Shown piece by piece: positions 13,219 through 26,670 of a DNA stretch of 64,000 bases. Below the pieces are notes generated by a model, which worked only from the letters and a program-made list of their open reading frames with translations, did not search any database and had not been told where the DNA came from. How positions within the stretch are numbered: the stretch's first letter is position 1; every line of letters begins with the position of its first letter. This DNA comes from Mizuhopecten yessoensis (Eukaryota): contig NW_018407984.1 of the NCBI RefSeq assembly GCF_002113885.1, positions 565,473 to 629,472 of the forward strand, given 5' to 3'. Made by a program: the position numbers and the translations under genes.

Positions 13219-16200
13219 GTGAGTAGGACGTGCGGACACACACCGCAAATATTAGCATAAATTTACATAATGCTTATTTAAGGGTATTGCCTTGTTTATT
13301 GAACACTTCTTTTTATGCATCTAATTAGACAGATAAGAGAATAGTGCCACAGAATTGTGTTTAGAATTGGTTCGTAGATCAATGGAATCTCGGAAAAAGT
13401 TAACTCGTTACATGATAAATTGTCATAAACAAATATAAATGTCTATATAGACTTTTTAAGTTTTGTTGATCAAATTTAGCCTCTTTGTGTGCAGTGACAA
13501 ATATACTTTTCAGCTTAAAATCCACTGATTAATCTGCTGTAGTCGTCTAACTATATCAAAGACAAAATTGGAAATATTCTCCCGTCCTAAAATAATTTGA
13601 TTTTGAGTGTCGATAAGTGATTCAAGATCCTGCTAATAGGCCAATTCCTTCACGCCGATAAAAATGTTATCAGGACACATATAAAACCAATTTATCTACA
13701 ATTACCGCGGGTCGGCCCAGCCATGTAGGGCCAGTGTGAAATGTAACGGAAGAGTATCACGTCCATTAATTAATTGTTTCCGAGGTTATCGCGTAAAATT
13801 AGTGATAACAGCGATTGATGCTTCTTTTTATACGATAAAATAAATATTATTGCTTCAGGTGCGAGTGGGTGGGTGTGGCCGGGGTTAAAGGGGGCGTGTG
13901 AACGTAGAGTGTCAATCTGTATCTATCTGCAGAATGTCGATTTTTTAGTACTTTTGTGTTTTTTAATTCCGCAAGCACAATACTCCATCAAAAGAGGAAG
14001 CTACATGGAGTACAGTTGCTCTGATGAATCTGGGTCGTGATAGAACTTAAATAGGTTTTCGTTCTCTGCTAACACAACTGTATTATATATATATATAAAT
14101 CCATGTATAGCTATATAAGGTTTTAGGTATTATACTTACTCAGAGCCTATGTTTATTTATGTAACAGCTTCGTCAATTTTATTTCTATACAAATATAATT
14201 ATCTTCAAATGCGCGTCGCACACAGAACATTAACATTTTTGTAAAAAATGAATAATAAACCACACACATAGGACCGATACGCCGATTTCCCCGACACATA
14301 ACACCAGAGATTTATCTCCTATAATCCGCTAGTTGCACGTTCTGACAAATGGCTGCATGACAAACGTTGTGTGATAAAGATGTGTATCGATTTGACGTAG
14401 GTATATAACGCTATCTATGTAAGGAGGACGTGTCAACCACAACTGTAGAACATTCCGGATTACACGGTCGGATAATACGACCCGAATCCGAGTCGGATAT
14501 TACAATGTTCTGCGGGATGAGCATTGTTGTGGGTACCGACATTTAAAAACAACTTAACAGGACAGTTCTGTTGAACTTATGTTACGTAATTTCTTTAAAC
14601 ATTTAAAAATCAATATTTATAAAAGAAAGAAATAGGACGGATCTGATCTGTTAGAATAGATACTGAATTCGTATGGTTTTCTAAAACTTTTACTGACTTT
14701 TCAATATTTTCACTATTTTCACTTAACATTTTTACTGATCTCCCAAATTGTTTTCAAAATGCTACTGGTAATTCTTTGCGATATGGACCCTATTTGTCGG
14801 AACAAATTGCTTCAGAAAATGCTCATATACCTTGGCTAATTACCGGTCGATGAGAAATCCTCGTAATTAAAACGTCAAAACTTACCTTTTGTATAAATTT
14901 ATAATATTAAGCATTTATCTTTAATATATCCTTGTTCGAAACCGATAAGAAGAACTTAAGAAATCTGTATAATGTAACCCGTTCCTCTGTATTTCCCTAA
15001 CCTTTCCTTTCTGCATTGACACGTCCGTGTCCAGTTTATGGTATCTTCAGTGAAAATCCCAGAAAGAATTAAAAAAATAATATACATCTACATCAAGGAT
15101 TGCGTTTACCCTATATTGATTTCAAAATAAGGGAAACATTTTAAAGAGACCACCAATTAACCTTTCAGATATGTATGATATTCCTTTGTGCCACCTAATC
15201 TTTTGCAGAGAACCCAATTTTGAAAAGGCTAGCGCTAAAACTGGCTATACAAATTCTATACCTACACTTGTTATATTTTTGCGTAAATGATGAACACAGG
15301 GTCCGGTCCACATCAAACTACTTGAATATAACCATTTAAACGCAATGAACAACGTTATTTAAAATGAAATCGAAGCGGGTGTCATTATAACATGGCCCTA
15401 TGTTTATCTTGTCCTTATGCATACTAATGAGCTAATTACCATAATTACATAACCACAGATTGTGTATCGGGTGTAAAGCGGCCTCAGCACAAATATCAAT
15501 GAATATAAATTAGTGTCTTATTGACGCAGAGATCGGGGGAAGATGAAGGAGAGGATATCTCTGGCCGTGTCGGGTCTCTGTACGCATACGCTATATATAT
15601 CCATGTTTTTATTTTAGCTTAGTTCCTATTTTGTCTCCACTCCCCTATTTTCTCTTTGATTATATTGAAGATAAGTGATGTAAACATCTTATTGATTCTA
15701 TTGATTATTTGTATTGTACAATGTTTTGATAACGTTTGTTTTTTTACTTTTTAATCTAACATGAAGATAGAACTGTTGATACAATGTTTGAAATGTATGT
15801 CATTTTTACATCCTATATGCTCGCGATATTCTGTAATATTGCATGATTTGAGATACCTGAAAGTCTTCATAATGGAGTTAAAATCACCAAAACACAATGT
15901 TTAATAAAATTCACGTTGTCAGAAAATATGCCAACAAACTTAACATTCACTTAAATTTATTACAAGATTACGTACAATATATATACGAAAAGAGTCATGG
16001 TTTTAAGAGCGTTTCCGCGGACAGACGTTTTACGGGGCTTGGTAGTTAAAAAAAATGGATGGAACATGATCAATGTGTATTCTTAAAGAATAATTTTATT
16101 TTTTAATCCTATTGAAATTCGTAACACTATCATGAAATATTGTCTAATCCTTATTTTTCACCAAAGAAGATTGTTGCGTTATAACGTTTCAGATAAACAA

Positions 16201-18820
16201 CATAACACCGTATTTACATTTGTACAAATATCGATAGTAAGTCAAACAGTGATATCGTAAGATGAAATTAAGAAATAAAACGGCGCCCCAGAATATACAT
16301 GTACTTTCAACGATTCCACGATAAACTGTATGAAACAAACCAAATCAATTAACTTCAACTGGTAGAGCACTGGACTAGGAAGCTGGGCTTATATCATTAT
16401 TTAAATCAAACTATAATAAAACACGCGCCTGACGGGTAGCGATGATAGTACACATTTTATGAGATAAGCGTAACTATCAACACCAACGCCCCCGCTCGTT
16501 TGCTACTGTAGGATATGCAATCTAAATTGTTATCGTAAAAAGAAACGGAACGAAATACGAAAATTGCCAGAAGTATGGAATGCGTTTTTAAAGAGTTACC
16601 AAATATTATTTAAATTTCATTCTCTATGGGTGATTAGGAATCCGTGTAGCCGGGGGTGTGGGTCTCTTTGATGTTTGATATCTCTAAAGAGCGAGACGTT
16701 TCTCACGGGTTTTTACAGTATATACTACAATAGAACTCTTCAGCTCAATTGATTACCAATTTCCCGCCATTTTTCGTTGCACTGGTTTTGCGTTTTGTGT
16801 CGTCCTCTGATTTATAAATCTTGCCATAGTTACAATGAAGGCTTAGAATTAACTTTCACTAACAATAATTGATTAATTTGTAATTAAGAACTTGATGTAG
16901 ATCGATTCAAATTCGTCAATACTTTCTTACATTGCTTAGAAGATTATTAGTTGATTTTTTTCTCACGGGAGATTGATTTTCTCGTCCCTCGTTCAATTAC
17001 ATTCAGGTAGTGTTAATTAGCAGTGCCCTGGACACTCATGTTCCAATTCACGTGTTTTACATGTGTCATTAGACGCCGTAATCTTCTGTATATTAGATTA
17101 GCGGGTTCTAGTCTCGATACCATATACTCGTTCATTTTCACGTGTAGTGTACCATAAAGACATTTATTATTTTTTTGACTTCTAGATAATGAAAACTTAG
17201 AACCTGTCACATACATATTATTTCACGTAAGTCGAGATGATTGTCTGTGAGTACGGTTTGTAGCTAGATTTATTGTATTAACGTGAAATCGACTAGCATC
17301 ATTTGATTGAGCGAGATGGAGCGAAAACCCTCCCACAATCGAGTAGCTAGATAATTAAACAGAAAAGTGTCCTGTGTATACCTCGTACCTTACCAATCAA
17401 TATGTACAATTGTATATATTTATATATAAGGCACTAAAGACGAATTAAAACATGAAATTCATAGCAAAATGAAAACATGATTATTTCTCATTGAACAGCG
17501 ATATTTAAAAAAAAATCTAGTTATTGCGAAAACTAAGTTTCACAAAATTTGGTTTGAATGAAAAATATCTGAATTATTGTTTGTTTCTTTTTCTTTCTTT
17601 AATTAAATGCTCAAACACCTAGCGCACTTTTATGGTAAATCCTCCAGCAATCCAATAGCCAAAACATGATCTTGCTTATACCTTGCTAGCAGCCTAGATT
17701 GATATTTAAGCCGAAGACGTGTTTATGTCGCTAATGTCCACGTGACCTATAAAATATGTAACTTCATTAATACGTCTGACATTGTAATTACACATTTAAT
17801 TAGCCGACATGATTTGATTGCCTTACCGCAGCGCCATACAGCGGGAATCCAGCGCTTATATTCCATAATCTATTTCACCGCCTACTGTGAGAACAGCGGC
17901 CATTATCAGTTATTGGGGCTTTTGTTTCGTATCCCATCATACATATTTAATTAACACGTATTCGTGATTTTGATATGTACAATTTTTTGAAGTACAGCTT
18001 ACTATTCAATAGAATTTTATCCCAACACTCCTTCTTTCAATAATAATCCCAAGATCATATGATATCCGTTTCAATGTTTTAATAAGATATGGACTTCGAG
18101 AGAATTTAAGCCATATCCTACATGTCTTTAAACGTCTGTTGACAAGGAGTATATAAGTGTAAAAAACTTTCAATATTTTCAATACTTTTCGAAATGAAGT
18201 GAAGTTTATTAAGTGTAATTTTTCCTAAGAAATATTTTCTGCGTTCATATTCAAACACCTGTTTTACCGCCTGAACCAAAACCAAACACAACACGTTAAT
18301 AACGGACAAATTCGCATTAAAGTACACAAACTATCATTTAGTTTAACACATTTTTCGGTTTATGACCACAAAACACGTTTAAAAAACAGTTATCCGAGTG
18401 TAAAATGTAAGTCTCATAGAAAGCTACTCATTAAAAACTGCTGGTCTCCTGCTCGACTGTAGAAGGGAAGGAGTCCGAAAATGTTCAGTGAGTAAATATT
18501 CCATGAAATTTTCGAAGGTAGAGTTCTATCGGGAGACTTTTCAAACATATGGTAAAGAGCAATGATTTTTTTTGTTGACCGCAAAAGCGCGCAACTCGTG
18601 CTTTAAAAATGGCCATTCGGTAAGAATACTCGAGGAAACATAATATAATACTGATCTTGTTTAAGTGGCGTTAAATCCGAATCTTCTGGGGTAACTATCC
18701 TATGATCATCCATCAAATCGATAAGATATTCTGATAGTATGTCACACGCTTTAACGCCTAAGTGAGTATTGAAGGGTCAGTGAATGTTCTACATATATGT
18801 ACTTGCTTCTTGGCATAAGG

Positions 18821-18860
18821 TACTATTTATGTTTATAAGATACTATTTATGTTTATAAGA
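18821..18860. repeat. Perfect 20-bp tandem duplication
   Basis: TACTATTTATGTTTATAAGA x2. Confidence 0.9.
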
Positions 18861-19456
18861 ACTTGATATGTTTCATTGGGATAAGTCGAACACTCCACAC
18901 CCCGGCCAACAGGACCGTTTTAGTAAGTAAAACCATAATAACCACCAACACAGGCTAGTCCGTGGCGCCACTATTCCACCGGAAGTCGTTTGAAGTAAGT
19001 GACTTATAACATCAAGGACGTTGACAGCTTCTGTGATAACCAGACCTCCTGACTGACCATCTTCAGAATGACCACTCTCCACCGTGGACAGTAATGACCA
19101 TTATTTCCGGGAGACATGCTCCGTTAGCAGTCTCATCGTCAGTAGCTCCTTCCATTCCGCCCCCACGCATTCACTTCCGGTATCGGAATCGTATCAGACA
19201 AAATAAAATATAAGTTTCCGGCGTGAGAAGGATAAACCATGAACATTTCTCAATTTCATGCAATAATGAAACTTTACTTAGTTTTTTTGAATGGCCACCG
19301 TCTCTGAAATATTGAATTATTAAGGAAAATAATAATAATTCGAATATTTGTTGAAAGTTCTTCACTAGGGGGAGATAAGCTAGTAGTAAAGTGCAGCTGG
19401 GAAATTCTCGTTCAAACATTGGGGCTGGTATCCAGTCAAGATTAGCCGCCGTGTAA

Positions 19457-19642
19457 TTGTTGGGTATGTAGTGTTATTTTACAAGATATTGTTGGGTATG
19501 TAGTGTTATTTTACAAGATATTGTTGGGTATGTAGTGTTATTTTACAAGATATTGTTGGGTATGTAGAGTTATTTTACAAGATATTGTTGGGTATGTAGT
19601 GTTATTTTACAAGATATTGTTGGGTATGTAGAGTTGCTTTAC
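19457..19642. repeat. 32-bp minisatellite, about 5.7 copies, in Pax3/7 intron 2
   Basis: Unit TTGTTGGGTATGTAGTGTTATTTTACAAGATA. Confidence 0.95.
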
Positions 19643-20700
19643 TAAAATACATTACCAGAGTTTTACATTAGCTCTACGGCTCATCGACAATTGAAGTCAT
19701 TTAAGACCAAATCAATAGACACAGTACAGAATTGCTTCTTTTTACCTTACTAATATCATAGCCAACTGTCAGTCGAGGGTTTTCTGGTTCATTTCACGTT
19801 AGTTTAATTCAAACACATTGCATTACAGGAGCCTGCTATCACTAAATTTCAATAATTAGAATACTTTTGTTGTTTGTTTGTCTAGTTTTGTCGTAAACGG
19901 TAGATAACGTCAAACCTCCTTTGTAGTTATTTATTTGTGAATTGACCAACTAGAATTTGATTATCACCGATTAGGTATTGCTTTCATGTATTTTTTTCAC
20001 AAATAAACCCCCGGGTTTTAAAAACCGCATCAATGGTTCGAACATACAAATGATAGCATGGATGAGACAGTAATTGACGGTTTTACCATTTAAAGAAAAC
20101 AAATCGGAACTGAAACCATTTGTTATCAAAGAAACACCACTTTTACTCTACATCGGCCTTGTACTAAGTACATAACCCTCGAATCAAGAAACAGAAAAAA
20201 GTTAATCAAATCGTCAGTATGTGGTTAATAGCTAGAGGGTCAACCCGACCACTGACCCAACACGGCCATTATCCTTCACAGTGGGTGGTCACCTGTTCTC
20301 ATCTCTAAGTGACCAGCGGTCAAACTGATTGACAACTGAATCGCTCGTGGTCATGTAGCTTACATAATTAATGACAGGGGTATCTATAGAACGCCCCCTA
20401 ACGTCAATAGATAGTTAAACGTCTCAATCAGGCGCAACATTTCAATTAATTGTCAACTTCATGTGTGTTTTATCACTTGTCCCGACACAGAAAGCGATAC
20501 CATCTCGTTTGGCGATCAAATACGGTGTAGTGTTTACAAGCCGAGTCAGATATAGATACGCGTTATTACTATACAGTGGAGGAGCGTCTAGCGTTTTATC
20601 ATTTGTAAATTGTCAAACAAACACAGTGAAACTTGTGAAAATGTCATCGTCATATTTAAAGAATTTAAGAAGAAAATATTCTCGAAATAAATCTGTAGAT

Positions 20701-21069
20701 CAGTGGCGGATCCAGAGATTTTTTGGGGGGTTCAGGAACAACCCCCCCCCCCCCCCCCCCCCCCCNNNNNNNNNNNNNNNNNNNNNNNNNNNNNNNNNNN
20801 NNNNNNNNNNNNNNNNNNNNNNNNNNNNNNNNNNNNNNNNNNNNNNNNNNNNNNNNNNNNNNNNNNNNNNNNNNNNNNNNNNNNNNNNNNNNNNNNNNNN
20901 NNNNNNNNNNNNNNNNNNNNNNNNNNNNNNNNNNNNNNNNNNNNNNNNNNNNNNNNNNNNNNNNNNNNNNNNNNNNNNNNNNNNNNNNNNNNNNNNNNNN
21001 NNNNNNNNNNNNNNNNNNNNNNNNNNNNNNNNNNNNNNNNCCCCAGATAAGTCTCTGGATCCGCCACTG
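20701..21069. mobile_element. MITE (non-autonomous DNA transposon) spanning an assembly gap
   Basis: Perfect 18-bp TIRs CAGTGGCGGATCCAGAGA / TCTCTGGATCCGCCACTG, flanked on both sides by TAGAT (5-bp TSD); interior is poly-C plus Ns at 20766-21040. Confidence 0.85.
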
Positions 21070-24000
21070 TAGATGATCATGCGATATGAACGTGATACGG
21101 ATTTAAATTACGTGAAATTTTCATTGGTTATGAAAAATAATATTTTGTCAATACTATACCGAAAGCCTAGAAACGTTTAACATTATCTTAAAGAACGGTA
21201 CATGTTGATATTTTACTAGCGGATATCAAATTTTAATAAGAAAACATTCTAGTAATGAACAAACAAATAGTATGGTGATTCGCGAAAATTCTGATACATG
21301 TGTATACTATCAGGAACGGGTTTGAGAACTATTTAAATGATTGATATGGGTATACAGGCCCATACAGGCCAAAGGCCTGCGTCAATTAATTATCTCATTT
21401 TGAATATACGATAATACATATGATATGAGTGTTGTGTTTTCTTTCAAATTCAAAAAAAAAAAATCAATGTTTACTCGACTCTCGTCAATAACTTATTTAA
21501 CTACAACAACAATAAGGTGTATTAATGTAACGATTTATAGGTAACTTACTCCTCTGTTACTGAACCCTGTTTTATGGTGATACACATTCCATGAAATTGA
21601 CGTGGATGTTTGGAGTACGCACCGTAACCGTCCGACACCCATTACACGAGGACACAGATTATGTCTATTGAAGTTTTCCCACATGTCGCTTGATAGTTTA
21701 ACATCTCAATCTAATTCCACATATCAAATGTCGAAATTCATGAAGTGATCATGAAATTAATAAAGTCAAGGGTCAAAATAGAAAATTAATGTTCTGTAAA
21801 AGCTGAATTGGACTATCTGCCGTGACAGCTCTATTGTGATGGTGCGACGGGGGATTTTCTACAGCCATAACAAAAAAAATACAAAATTTCATGCCGAGAT
21901 TTAGTTTACATTTCATACGACACGGTAGTTTTCAACTTTCCCAAATGACTTTTCCTTTAGTAGTACACAATCTCAGAATGTATTTATTTTTGTTGAACCG
22001 CAAAATTTGGAATCGAATTTCAAAGGAACGGTAACCATCCCCATGGATATTTATCCTTTCTGATGAGGCTTGGCCAGGTAATGACGTAGTGTCCAGCTGT
22101 TTGGGACCAGCGTGGGGTACGCCGGGACACAGACACTGACATCTACACGGCCCTACCACAATACTATCAAACCTGGACAGAAAGCGGCCTGATGAACTCG
22201 ATTGAATCGTTGATTAATTCCCATAAAGTCACACCTGTAAATTCAGATATGCAATTTGTCGATTTCATTGTTAGCCATTTGCCGTTTTAATTTGGATTTT
22301 TTGACCTCAACCTCCCTAGCCAGGTGACTTTCACCTCAATAACCCTTTCACGCTTCGTGTTAAATTTCGATTTTTCTGGCGACCATGAGAAGTTCTATAC
22401 TGTCACAGTGTACCCGCTTAATCCCAGGCACTGAGGCCTGATTATATTGATTATGATATATATATATTATATAAATACAAACCAGTCATATTGATCTGTG
22501 AGTCAACGACGGCGTGTAAGATATTACTACGCTACAACAACGGAAGGTGAAATGCACTCGAATCCTTGCAAGTTTTTCACTTATAACTCGGAAAATTTCT
22601 ATAATTTCAATATTATTTTGGTGCAATGGGCCGTACACACGTTATGAATACAGCATAGAATTGCTATACGCCATTTATTAGAGTGAGATAATAATTTCTC
22701 TCTCAATGATTGGCCAAAGCAAATTATGAATGTGTGGCAGAATCGTGGCCTGCTAGGCGCAGACTATGTGGCCTTTCGATAGACGGTTTCCTGCTGCGAA
22801 TTTGGCAGAGCCTTCCGCGTCGAAAGATTTAATCTCTTCAGTCTTTGTCCTTAATAACCCCGAAAAGGTAAAAGTAGAAAAAATATAATCTCAAAGATCT
22901 GCCATAGATTCCCTTTCGAAAAACAGATTGGGCCTCACAAGTTGATAAAATCACTTCAGAATTATAAAATTCATGACAAAATTGCATTAGCTTTTCATAT
23001 TAAATCAGCATTTCTAAAGAAGAAAATGTATAACTATGCTTAATTAGTCAGATTGAAACAACATGTCCATGCAGATTCAATGCAATTACCCCCCCCCCCC
23101 CCCCCCAACAAACAAACAAACAAAAACCACCCACACACAAGTAGATATATCCAGATATGATTTATACCAGCACACATTGTAACAGTATCATTATACTTCA
23201 TTGTAAGCCTTCAACATTGTCCATCTGTCAGATATTCACTTCTATTTATGTATCATGGTATAAAATAACCATCCTCTTGTCATCCCAATCTAGTTTGTAT
23301 TTGGTAGACTTACAAGAATGTCCGCACAACGGGAATGATACCAAACCTCCGTGTCCAAATCTTGGCGCCTTTAATTGAACCCTTGTGGATCAATCAATTT
23401 TGAACACATGTCACATGGCTATAACTGTTGCAAAGACGTACAACACTTATCAAATGAAAAAAAAGACCGGATATGGGGTTGGACAGGGGTAGAGTCTGTT
23501 TCTGTCAAATTAACAGTAATTTGTAATACATTTCCATGTGTTGATAGTTGGTATAAAACTATAACCGACGCACTAATTCACGTAACCACTGACGTAAGGC
23601 TGTGTTCTGTGATGAAACCGTTAGCTATGTTAGGTATGTTATGATTTTCACATTGAGAGTCGACACAGACAGCCTACAAGCTTATTGGGACTCTGCTCAC
23701 GCGACAAACCGACAGATACATGGATTAAATCTGTTTGTGTGTTGTTGCTGTTTACAATATTGATACATACTCGGGATGTTTGACGGGGATGCATTATGCA
23801 GGATAATGATAAAAATACAGCTTAAATCTATAATAAATACTTGAAAAGTCATGCCCGAAATAGCACACCGCTTTGTGATAAAAAGTCTCCGTGGAATGTG
23901 GTTGAGACCGCTGTGGTTTTGATATCTTATATTATACCGTAAGATTGAGTATATCTGTGGTAGTACACGGTGTGTCGGATAGCTACGTACACATACCGAG

Positions 24001-24674
24001 TATTGCTGTAAAATGAAGCGCGAGGTGACCACACTAACAACGAGTAGGTTGTGACGGGTTCATTTGGTCTGTGGTCATAGATTATTTTCAGTAACAAAGT
24101 TAATTCTTGCATAGCACTTGAAAATACAACGGAGATTATAAGGATAGCTACCGGGAACAACGTAAGGAGGCAGGGGATTCAAACAATAACATTGTAGATC
24201 AATATTAGGTTATCATCGGGAATATTCTACTTGAAATAAGTTCAAACGTATTCGTATTTTAACAACTTTACTGTACAGACTAATGTTATAACGCAAATAC
24301 AACCGGAACCGGAACAAACCTCAGTCTAACCGGAAGTGACACCATCGATATGTTGGTGGATAGGTATACATGAGCTTTATTTATTATGAGAAGGAACATA
24401 CCAAGTAATTAATCACACACTTTCAACACACGAAATGCGTTATTCGATATGGGGAAGCCAATTCGTAAAACGGGTACCTGCTATTGTCCTTTTTTGAAGT
24501 TTCGACGCAGTATAAACTCTCTTTACCGGCATCAAAATCGGACTGAAACATTTGGTCGGAAAAACAGGTGTCGACTAAATCAGGTTTCATCGCGTTAGTT
24601 TTTTAGCCATATTAAATACCTTCGATTCTTAAATACATTTGTGTTTAATATTCGCCTTTGTTTTCTTATTGCAG

Positions 24675-25013
24675 AAGGATCTGACTGCGACTCAGAACCT
24701 GGTCTCTCAGTCAAACGGAAACAGAGACGCAGCAGAACTACTTTCACGGCGGAGCAATTGGACGAATTAGAAAGAGCTTTCGAACGCACGCACTATCCGG
24801 ATATATATACACGAGAAGAACTAGCTCAGAGAACAAAACTGACCGAAGCTCGTGTTCAAGTGTGGTTCAGCAACAGAAGAGCTAGATTTAGAAAACAGAT
24901 GGGTAGTAATCAGATTACCGCCCTGAATAGCTTTCTACAGGTGCCGCAAGGTGTCGCTAATTCATCGTACGTCTTCCACGAGCCAACGGGATACTCACTG
25001 CCTTCGGGGACAG
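24675..25013 (+). CDS. Pax3/7: Pax3/7 exon 3: paired-type homeodomain (Ser50)
   Basis: [71 protein letters not shown]; acceptor ttgcag|, donor G|GTAAAG; phase 1 on both sides. Confidence 0.97.
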
Positions 25014-25278
25014 GTAAAGAAGACTCATTCACAAACACAAGCATCAGTTAACTCTATGCTCTAATCTATTCTTGATATAATTTTTATGAAATATGATTGG
25101 AGTAGAATTAACAATGCAAAACAAATGCATGAAAGAATATTCTGAATATGGTGTTATTAATATAAGTGGTATTTTTATAAATATATTAAGGGGTTGGGGG
25201 TTGGGGNCTATTGTTTTGCCAACATCTGTATATATATTTCTATAAAATATTCAAACGTTTTTTTCGTTCCACTTTTAG

Positions 25279-25394
25279 AGGGCCTGTTTCACAGATCAAC
25301 AGTACCCCAGTCTTTACAGTCAATGAGTCAGCCAATCAAACACGAGAACTCGTATGCTGGTATTATGGATAATTACCTGTCTCACTCGTCACAA
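25279..25394 (+). CDS. Pax3/7: Pax3/7 exon 4
   Basis: Acceptor acttttag|, donor CAA|GTAAGT; phase 1 in, phase 0 out; open frame EGLFHRSTVPQ...YLSHSSQ. Confidence 0.8.
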
Positions 25395-25847
25395 GTAAGT
25401 TAGAAAACCACGATTCTTACATCAAGTTAAATGATTAAATTAATTTCGCTAAACACCGACCTTTTTATTAATATTTCGAATGTCATGTACTTCTGTTATT
25501 CATTTCAGTTGTTTGGAATTTGAATATATTATTAGACGAAATGAAATGTTAGATGTAAAATTATAACGTATTTATCATTAAATAATGCAAAGCGCAAGCA
25601 ACTCGTCAAGAAACTATAACGTATTTGGCAGACGGCATAGCAATGCTAAAATTGAAGTGACGTTATGTTAACCTGATGTTTCTAAAAATAGTCATCCCGA
25701 GTTAATATAAACAATTACCGACCTCCACGTGATTATTATTCAACCAACGAGAATGTAGCAAAAACAAATGAAAAGGGGTATTATCTAACATCTAACACTT
25801 CTCAATCATCCGTTGATTTTTAAAATGTCTCCTCCATTTTTTTGCAG

Positions 25848-26025
25848 ATGCATTCATTGACGTCAATGGTAAACACAGAAAATACCTTTACTAACACTTG
25901 GGCAACACCAGTGACGTCATCAACGACGTCATCCATTTCGAGTTATCCACCCACAACCAACCACTACCACTCGCCCTACAGTGACGTCAGCAAAACGTCG
26001 ATTCATTACCCACCCCACATAACAG
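25848..26025 (+). CDS. Pax3/7: Pax3/7 exon 5 (Ser/Thr/Pro-rich)
   Basis: Acceptor tttttgcag|, donor G|GTAAGT; phase 0 in, phase 1 out. Confidence 0.82.
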
Positions 26026-26539
26026 GTAAGTCATATTTTCTTTTCCAGTTTTGTGTAATTAAATGTATCACATCTACTTGATGGATATTTGAGAGACGTA
26101 AAGGTCAATTTTTTCCCTTGCCGAAACGGTCATTGAAAAGCCTTTTTTCGATTTTAAAAATGTTCGCTAGATAACTATGTATATTTACAAATCTCGTCTG
26201 TATCCTCGTGCAGTATTTCGGTTGCAATCCTCAGTTTTAACTAGCCGCAGCGCATGTATCCTTATCAATAAGTACGCACTGGCCGTATTTCTGTACAATA
26301 TCCCTCCATTCGTATAACTGAGTCCTCATAAGGTGTTAAGTATGTATAATGCCGAAGCTGTGAAAATTTACACCAACACGTATTGTCAGTTAAATCGTAA
26401 TAACCTCGCAATGAGAATCACATGATGATAATACGATAATCACACTTACAGTTATTGTTATCAATAACTTCAACAAACGCTTCATGGATATTTGGAAGTA
26501 TTTAATTATTGATTACGTTTGCCTTATTTTAACTTACAG

Positions 26540-26670
26540 TACCAAGTATGACCGATCGATGTTCCATAGATGATAGTCTTGCAGCTCTACGCATGCGCTC
26601 TCGTGAACATTCCGCCGCCCTGAGTTTGATGCATGTTGCCGACGCTGGAAAGATGACGGCCACCTTTTGA
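26540..26670 (+). CDS. Pax3/7: Pax3/7 terminal exon with OAR motif (VPSMTDRCSIDDSLAALRMRSREHSAALSLMHVADAGKMTATF*)
   Basis: Acceptor acttacag|, phase 1. SLAALRMRSREHSAAL fits the OAR consensus (SIAALRLKAKEH) and the PAX7 C-terminus. Not in the ORF track. Confidence 0.88.

Noticed and set aside
12836-13258. Antisense and alternate-frame ORFs over Pax3/7 exon 2 (likewise over the ASB and MFS exons)
   Set aside because: Shadow ORFs of GC-richer real exons.
16350-16390. tRNA-like fragment CAACTGGTAGAGCACTGGACTAG
   Set aside because: Only an A-box/D-arm fragment; no B box or cloverleaf.
18880-19060. Possible 3' end of a CR1-like LINE
   Set aside because: Only scattered residues match across frameshifts.
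20461-21080. Several ORFs of 111-203 aa
   Set aside because: They run through the N gap and poly-C tract.
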